Positions 19,005 to 24,998 of a stretch of DNA of 29,388 nt are shown piece by piece; position 1 is the first letter of the stretch; each line of letters starts with the position of its first letter. The position numbers and the translations under genes were made by a program. Origin of the DNA: an uncultured bacterium (GTDB lineage Bacteria > T1Sed10-126); NCBI GenBank assembly GCA_964566495.1, contig CAZMIT010000008.1:1-29388 (forward strand). The letters are read 5' to 3'. The notes beneath the pieces were generated by a model. That model saw only the letters and a list, made by a program, of their open reading frames with translations. It was not told the origin of the DNA and did not search any database.

Positions 19005-19376
19005 CCCCTGCAAAATTTTCCCGAAGGAGTACCCATGGATACGACGGAAACACTGGCGAAACTAAATGCGTTTGCCGAGAGGGTCATCGCTCCGCTCTGC
19101 GGTTTTGACGGCGCCAGGGACTACTACAGCTCCTGCAGTGCTGATAATTTTATTCCTGACATACATACCCCGGCACTGCTCGTTCAGAGCCGCTCGGATC
19201 CTCTGATCGCCTGGGATCAGTCTATACTGGACCAAATTAATAATTCCCGATTCACCCGGCTGTACGAACTAAAGGAAGGCGGACACATGGGCTTTGTTGC
19301 CGGTAAAGTCCCTCTCCGCCCCCATCACTGGCTTGAAGAAGAGCTTGCCTGCTTCTTCGCTGAAGTCAGTAAGTGA
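19005..19376 (+). pseudogene. C-terminal fragment of a YheT-family alpha/beta hydrolase
   Basis: IAPLCGFDGARDYY, PALLVQSRSDPLI, GGHMGF; no GxSxG nucleophile; in-frame TAA at 19002-19004 upstream. Confidence 0.75.
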
Positions 19377-19522
19377 AGCAATGGAAGATTTGTATTTGGG
19401 ACCGTAAATCTAACCGCGGTGAGTAGATTCTGGGGATCAGCTTTTATTTTTTGGTTCTGTAGAAAACCTTGTCTTCCATCTCTTAACTTTGACATGAAGT
19501 TTTGGACCCTTGAAGACGGATT

Positions 19523-19567
19523 TATAGAAATTAGTAGCCCTGGAGGGGCTGATTACTAATTTCTATA
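19523..19567. repeat. Intergenic inverted repeat (14-bp arms)
   Basis: TATAGAAATTAGTA (19523-19536) / TACTAATTTCTATA (19554-19567), with an inner GCCC/GGGC pairing. Confidence 0.8.
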
Positions 19568-19890
19568 CCTCGGAGCAGCCACGACGGCGGCGAGAATGTC
19601 CAATAGGGTGTCCGCTTCGTTATATACTGTGGACGCTAAACAATTACGACATATCAATAACCAGAACTCCGCGGAAGCACATTTTCTAATTATAACTCAT
19701 CTCACTAAAAATACCTAATTTGTCCCTGTAACGTCACGAGTTAAAGCCGGTGGAGCGTTCTTGGCCAATTAGAGTTTGCCCCTTATGAAAACGTATACCT
19801 CGGAGATTGGCCGGAGGCCAATAAAGAGTGAGTCCCAACACCTTTGATTAGCCCGTCTCCAGCAGGGATTTCAACAGCTCCAGTTCTGTG

Positions 19891-19944
19891 TAAAAACTAA
19901 TTTTCCGGTGAAAGTAAGTAAATAATTCAAAGTACGAGAAAATC
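19891..19944 (+). repeat. Dispersed direct repeat, copy 1 of 4
   Basis: taaaaactaaTTTTCCGGTG AAAGTAAGTAAATAATTCAAAGTAC GAGAAAATC. Confidence 0.92.
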
Positions 19945-20225
19945 AATTATGAATTTTTGAAGATTTTCAAACTTTCAACCTCCGAGGTAACTGCGGTAAC
20001 TACATAAGCTTCCCTGGCTCAGGATTTGGGGGTGGGTTTCCAGACGAAATTTTGGTGAGAGAATAACTGATGTGTTATACTTATTATAGTCAATAGATGA
20101 TTTATAGCTGTTGGCCTATTGGTTCTGCTCGGGTGACAGTGACCTTTCATTGTATTTCCCCTTTTTGGGAAAGATTAAATGAACAGTTAAAATAATTTAA
20201 TTGGCGAATTATGGGGTGCTTAGAT

Positions 20226-20456
20226 ATGGAAATTTATCCCGGCATTGAACAAGATCCAGATCGCAGGTTTGGAAAACCGTGTCTGAAAGGTACCCGGATC
20301 GATGTTGCGACCATACTGGGCGCAATGGCAGCGGGGGAAAGTATGCAAACAGTATGCGAAAACTATCAGCTTACCGAGGAACAACTTAAGGATGCATTGG
20401 ATTACGCAGCGCATATCGCCGAACACGTTCCTCCCGCCCGTAAAGAAGCCGTATAA
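20226..20456 (+). CDS. DUF433-family antitoxin
   Basis: DPDRRFGKPCLKGTRIDV...GES...Y.LTEEQLKDALDYA; alternative start 20211. Confidence 0.9.
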   Translation: MEIYPGIEQDPDRRFGKPCLKGTRIDVATILGAMAAGESMQTVCENYQLTEEQLKDALDYAAHIAEHVPPARKEAV

Positions 20457-20463
20457 ATTGTAA

Positions 20464-20841
20464 ATGCAATTTTTCCTTGATGAAAATTTTCCTCTCCAGC
20501 TTCATTATTCCCTTGAAGAATCGGGGTACGAAAGCGAACATGTCATCACGGAAAGAATGCGGGGTATTGAAGATTCAAAACTTGCCGAATATCTGGCCCA
20601 TGAGCAATATATTTTTCTAACAAATGATGACGATTTTCTGGATCTCTTATCCGGTAAGGAAGTGGTTCTGTTCATTTCTCGTGTCCCACAACAGCTCAAA
20701 ATAGATACACGAATTCAACTATGGCTGAATGCGACTAAGGAGTATTTAAAAAAATACAAGGACAGTGAATACTGGTTTTTCGTGATTTACCCCGAGGGAA
20801 CAATTAAACCCTGGAAAGTCACCCGGCGGAACGAGTCTTAA
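20464..20841 (+). CDS. DUF5615-family PIN-like toxin
   Basis: MQFFLDENFP, GIEDS, FLTNDDDF; 7 bp downstream of the DUF433 gene. Confidence 0.88.
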   Translation: MQFFLDENFPLQLHYSLEESGYESEHVITERMRGIEDSKLAEYLAHEQYIFLTNDDDFLDLLSGKEVVLFISRVPQQLKIDTRIQLWLNATKEYLKKYKDSEYWFFVIYPEGTIKPWKVTRRNES

Positions 20842-20970
20842 AGACTGTCATTAAACTGTCCAATGGACAAAAGAACCAACCCCTTCAAAGTGCCCCGGAG
20901 AACCGCCCCTGAATTTTCACACATTTTTACAATCAAGATAATATAAGAATGGCAGGATGTGATGACCATC

Positions 20971-21591
20971 ATGGGAATTTGTATTTACTACCGCGGACGG
21001 ATTGACGACCCCGGTCAGGTCGAGAAGTTAGCCGACGAACTGGGGGATTTTTCGCAGGAACTCGGCTGGGACACTCACCAGTAGAACGAGGACTGGCCTA
21101 ATCCGAATACTGCCTCGAGATCGCACGATGGTGATACGACCCGGATTACCGGGCATGTTCCCCTGCGGGGAATTGACCTGATCCCTCACGAAAATTGTGA
21201 ACAAGCTTCGTTTACATTTAATCCAGAGGGTTACCTGGTGGACAAGATAAGCTTGACCTCCGTCGGCCGGGGGGAACGGTCCCCGGATTCGGTGTGGACA
21301 AGCGTGAAAACACAGTTTGCTCCGATTGATGTTCACATTACTCTCGTGAAGCTGTTGCAGTACGTGAAAAAACATTACATACCGAACCTCGAAGTAAATG
21401 ACGATGGACAATACTGGGAAACCGGTTCTACAAAAACACTTCAAGACAAACGGAAGCTAATTAATCAAAAAATGGACGAAATCGGAATCTCCTTATCCGG
21501 AATTACTCATCAACAATTCGAAAACAAAACCCCCGCGGAAGTGGCAGACATAGTGGAAGAAATACTGACATCTCTTCTCGGGAAAAATTAA
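20971..21591 (+). pseudogene. Hypothetical protein gene (~206 codons) interrupted by one in-frame TAG at 21082-21084
   Basis: MGICIYYRGRIDD...LGWDTHQ*NEDWP...PHENCE... runs in the same frame into ORF 21238-21591 (KTQFAP...DDGQYWET). Confidence 0.75.
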
Positions 21592-21890
21592 TCTTCATCC
21601 TGTTTCCCATTGCCTCAACTGTCATTTGTGCATAATTGAGTATGTTGAACTTTTTTGTTTTCTGAGTCTTATTCGCCCGCCCCCGCTTGAAAACGAAAGT
21701 CCGGATGATATCCAGTTCATTCGAAAATTAACGGAAAATGGGCTATTTATAAATAATTTGAGGGAATTAATGTGGGTCGTGGGGAGTTCAATCTCTTGCT
21801 TCCCGAATTTCTCACGGCTCAAAATTCAAGAAACGACAAACGACACCTCCGCCCCACCGGAATCGATATGTTGGGCCTCGGTGGTTCTTA

Positions 21891-21924
21891 AAAGTAAGTA
21901 AATAATTCAAAGTACAAGGATATC
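21891..21924 (+). repeat. Dispersed direct repeat, copy 2 of 4 (left arm replaced)
   Basis: ggttctta AAAGTAAGTAAATAATTCAAAGTAC AAGGATATC. Confidence 0.92.
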
Positions 21925-22047
21925 ATTCGCCTCTTCTGGTTTGTTCGCTTTTTTGTTCCAAATTATTTTCTCTTTATGGTCAGTACTTTATCGATTCTCA
22001 ACTCTGTTCATCCAGCTCTTCTAATTTTTCTAATACATCTTTTGTTT

Positions 22048-23178
22048 TTAATTTATTCCCTTTTCGGCAAGGACACATCTTATCTCATCATAGCTGACTT
22101 CATCGGGAAGTTCTTCCTTGATTGGTCTTAGCCGCAACCGTTTTTTATCCAGAAGCTCATTTTCTTTTAAGTAACTCTCAATTCGATTCTTATTTTCTGA
22201 ATCAATCAACTCTGAAGTTTGGATTTTTCCTTCTTTTAGAAAATCAGTCAGATGACCGTATATCGTTGTTTCCTTTAGGCCCCTTTCCTCGGCTATTTCC
22301 GAAACGGTTTTATCCTGGCGGTATAACTTGAAGCTCTTTTCCGCGGAAGAAAGAGATTTTTTCTCCGTGACATTATTTTCACTTTGCTTTTTCGCTCCAT
22401 TTCCAATATTTTCGTCCTGTTTTTCTGCCTTCCTTTCGGTTAAACAGGCCACACGGGTTTCTTCATCTATTTCTACTGCATATCCAGTTGCATATTTGTT
22501 GGAAAATACATTTTCCAACCTGAAAACTTTTCCGGTTGAAAGATCTTCCTGACCTGCATCAGCAAAAAGTGTAAATTTTATTTCTCCAGAATCATCCTCC
22601 ATTAAACCTTGCTGTTGAATGGAGTTTTTTGAATTTGTTTTCACGTTTTTTATCCGACCAGAAATCGTAAATCTCTCCCCGGCCTTTTGTACTTCCCTTA
22701 CAGGCGTTACTTTTTGCTTACGTTTATTATTTTTGATCGTATTTTGGCCGCTGGCACTGGTTTTATCTGTTACTTTCTTCTTCTTACTCTTTTTTTTGCT
22801 TGTTCTTTTCCGGTCTTTACTTTTCGTCTTATTTTTTGCTGTTTTAGAGCTTGTGGACTTATATTTTGTTTTCGAACTGTTTTTACTTTTCTTCGATTTT
22901 TTCCTATCAACGAATATAAATCTTATAAATGGAATTTCCCTGGGTAATTGTTTTAGCCCCTCAAATATTAACTTAAGTTTCTTTATTATTTCCCCAATAA
23001 TCAGCTTGCCTCTTTTTTTAAACTTAGATTCGTTCTTCCTTCGACTTTTACGATTTTTTCTCTTAAGGTTGAATTTATTTTTTTTGCTTGGATTCAACAG
23101 TTTCCAAAATAAACTTGCTAAATCTTTCACCCCCTCAACTATTGCTTTCCACCCCCAGAGAATTTGCTTGTTTCCCAT
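22048..23178 (-). CDS. Lys-rich linker + RPA-like OB fold + RecQ-C-terminal-type helix-turn-helix fusion protein (start ATG 23178)
   Basis: QQQGLMEDDSGEIKFTLF...GKVFRLENV (OB fold); SFKLYRQDKTVSEIAEERGLKETTIYGHL...LRPIKEELPDEVSYDEIRCVLA (HTH_40-like); AGGAAAGGG RBS. Confidence 0.75.
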   Translation of the reverse strand: MGNKQILWGWKAIVEGVKDLASLFWKLLNPSKKNKFNLKRKNRKSRRKNESKFKKRGKLIIGEIIKKLKLIFEGLKQLPREIPFIRFIFVDRKKSKKSKNSSKTKYKSTSSKTAKNKTKSKDRKRTSKKKSKKKKVTDKTSASGQNTIKNNKRKQKVTPVREVQKAGERFTISGRIKNVKTNSKNSIQQQGLMEDDSGEIKFTLFADAGQEDLSTGKVFRLENVFSNKYATGYAVEIDEETRVACLTERKAEKQDENIGNGAKKQSENNVTEKKSLSSAEKSFKLYRQDKTVSEIAEERGLKETTIYGHLTDFLKEGKIQTSELIDSENKNRIESYLKENELLDKKRLRLRPIKEELPDEVSYDEIRCVLAEKGIN

Positions 23179-23340
23179 TTTTATCCCTTTCCTGTGAATA
23201 TTACAGCAGATTGGATTCACAAGCCATCAAAAAGCATCCAAGTATTAAAAAAACGATAAATCATCTGTAGAAAATACAAAGATAATCGGACGAATTCCTT
23301 ACGGCTTTCCAACTTTCCTACTTTCACATTCTCAAATAAA

Positions 23341-23392
23341 TAAAACGGTTTTCCCGTGGAAATAAGTAAATAATTCAAAGTACGAGGAAATC
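23341..23392 (+). repeat. Dispersed direct repeat, copy 3 of 4
   Basis: taaaacggTTTTCCCGTG GAAATAAGTAAATAATTCAAAGTAC GAGGAAATC. Confidence 0.92.
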
Positions 23393-23780
23393 TCTTCCGT
23401 TGGGTGGATAATAACATAATCAATAATTCTTTTCAGGAGAGCAAACTTATAGGTTGAAGAGACGTTTCCGTGCTTGAGAATCATCTCAACCTGGCGAGGG
23501 GCTTCCATCGCTATCTACCGTCCCGGTAAAATGGGTGATCAAAGCAGTATATATGAAATTTGAACCTGTAGTAAAAGGATAGCACAAAAATGATCTGATT
23601 GAAGATATGCGTGAGGAAGATAAATGTTTATGGCCTCAAAGTTGATTACCACGAATATTTTGAACAGTTTTTCTCGGAGGGTCGCCTTTAATTTGACGTC
23701 TAACTGTCTCAAATAAAACTACTCCGCCCCCAAAACACCCATCAAACCTCAGAATTTGTATCAACTTCTCGACCAGGCAC

Positions 23781-23802
23781 TACGTCAAAGTATTTTGACG
23801 TA
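23781..23802. repeat. Short inverted repeat abutting direct-repeat copy 4
   Basis: TACGTCAAA-gtat-TTTGACGTA. Confidence 0.65.
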
Positions 23803-23852
23803 AAAAGTCTTTTCCGTGAAAGTAAGTAAATAATTCAAAGTACGAGGGAATC
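23801..23852 (+). repeat. Dispersed direct repeat, copy 4 of 4
   Basis: taaaaagtcTTTTCCGTG AAAGTAAGTAAATAATTCAAAGTAC GAGGGAATC. Confidence 0.92.
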
Positions 23853-23955
23853 CACGCTTTCCCCGGAGGAACAGCCTATTAATATCCGAGATTATCACGG
23901 TTCACAACTTAAGAAATGAAAAATGACCTCCGTCCCGGTGTAAAGAATAGCCAGC

Positions 23956-24288
23956 TCAATGAAGATCAAGGGCAGTCTTTAGAGCTTCACGGATCTCTGG
24001 TAGGTGCTTGTCCGGGCATAGTTCAGTTATCTTTTCCTGCAGGCGGTCGCGGCGGACAGTCATCAGGTAGTCGGCCTGGACTTTAGATTGTTTGGGCATG
24101 TTAAGTTCGGAAATATCGACCTCGTCAGGATAGATCTTGTCAAGGCGCCGACTGGTACAGGCGGCGACTATGTAGTTTTGTTCCTCACGGTTACGTTCAT
24201 CCGGAGAAACTATCACGCAGGGCCTATTTTTGCCGGCGGGAACCTCAACCCACCAGATCTCACCACGGGAGGGAAAATTCTTTGCCAT
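23956..24288 (-). CDS. mazF: MazF/PemK-family endoribonuclease toxin
   Basis: PSRGEIWWV...KNRPCVIVS...N...IVAACTS...SKVQAD...TVRRDRL; start overlaps the upstream stop (TGATG). Confidence 0.92.
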   Translation of the reverse strand: MAKNFPSRGEIWWVEVPAGKNRPCVIVSPDERNREEQNYIVAACTSRRLDKIYPDEVDISELNMPKQSKVQADYLMTVRRDRLQEKITELCPDKHLPEIREALKTALDLH

Positions 24289-24515
24289 CAGTATTCTTCC
24301 AGGTCGTCAAAGGCTTCACCACTGAGCTGTTCAAACTCCTCGTCCACGGGGGACTGATTACTATATTTTTCACGCAGTTCCTTTTTGCGCACCCACTTCT
24401 CCATCTGCTTCAAAGCTGCTCGAACAGCTTCAGTGCGGGTGGGGAAGTCCCCCTGCTCCTTGATGAAATCCGCCCGGCGGCGGTCCTCTTCCTTAAAATG
24501 AACTGTCGTGGACAA
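24288..24515 (-). CDS. Ribbon-helix-helix-type antitoxin (probable TTG start 24515; ATG 24530/24533 possible)
   Basis: STTVHFKEED...GDFPTRTEAVRAAL with an acidic tail; GGAGGTG 6 nt before the TTG; translationally coupled to mazF. Confidence 0.8.
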   Translation of the reverse strand: MSTTVHFKEEDRRRADFIKEQGDFPTRTEAVRAALKQMEKWVRKKELREKYSNQSPVDEEFEQLSGEAFDDLEEY

Positions 24516-24573
24516 TCCAAACACCTCCATCATACGGACTATCAACAATTATAACGCTTTCACTTTCAATAAT

Positions 24574-24610
24574 AGTTTAAGATATTTATAGTGTTTTTAC
24601 AATAAATATC
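24574..24610 (-). promoter_or_regulatory. Putative TA promoter overlapped by an operator palindrome
   Basis: Minus strand TTGTAA-17 nt-TAAACT; inverted repeat GATATTTATAGT / ACAATAAATATC (24581-24610, 11/12 match). Confidence 0.55.
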
Positions 24611-24633
24611 ATAAATAGACTACACCCTACCAA

Positions 24634-24741
24634 CGTCATTCCGACCAAACCCAGCCGGGTTTGTGGAACCGGTCTGGCGCAAATCAGGAATTCATAGAAG
24701 ACCGTTGAAAATGGATTGCCGGGTCAGGCCCGGCAATGACG
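24634..24741. repeat. GTCATT...AATGAC-type palindromic intergenic repeat
   Basis: Termini CGTCATT/AATGACG; inner hairpin ATTGCCGGG-tcagg-CCCGGCAAT; a decayed piece TGAAAATGGATTGC recurs near 24909. Confidence 0.7.
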
Positions 24742-24803
24742 AACAATAGGTCAAGCTCGCAATGAGCCTGGGCCATCAGTCGATAATATAATTATAATGC
24801 GCC

Positions 24804-24839
24804 ATTCTTATATTCTTACGATCGTAAGAATATGAGAAT
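24804..24839. repeat. Loop-less 36-bp palindrome (one mismatched pair; perfect 24-bp core 24810-24833)
   Basis: ATTCTTATATTCTTACGA|TCGTAAGAATATGAGAAT. Confidence 0.85.
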
Positions 24840-24998
24840 AAATCAGCCATATTCAATTCTAATCCATTCCTTCGAAATAAATCCCGGTCCAGAATCTACT
24901 CGGGACAGTGAAAATGGATTGCGAGGGTCCATCATGACAAACGTTAGATCAAGCTCTGGGCGGATATTACTTTTCGGCAACCACGGGAGTTCGGTGGG

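Noticed and set aside
21082..21084. Genome-wide TAG recoding
   Set aside because: TAG terminates other genes in the window at sensible positions, and only one internal case was seen.
21622..21901. ORFs 21626-21901 (+) and 21622-21822 (-)
   Set aside because: No recognisable motif or clear RBS; they overlap each other and the + ORF runs into repeat copy 2.
22619..23197. 192-aa Phe/Leu-rich 'membrane protein' on the + strand
   Set aside because: Antisense shadow of the Lys-rich (AAA) codons of the minus-strand gene.
23217..23423. 68-aa minus-strand ORF
   Set aside because: It reads through repeat copy 3 and shows no protein-family features.
19911..23843. The four direct repeats as a CRISPR array
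   Set aside because: Spacing is 0.46-2 kb, the intervals contain genes, and no cas genes are present.
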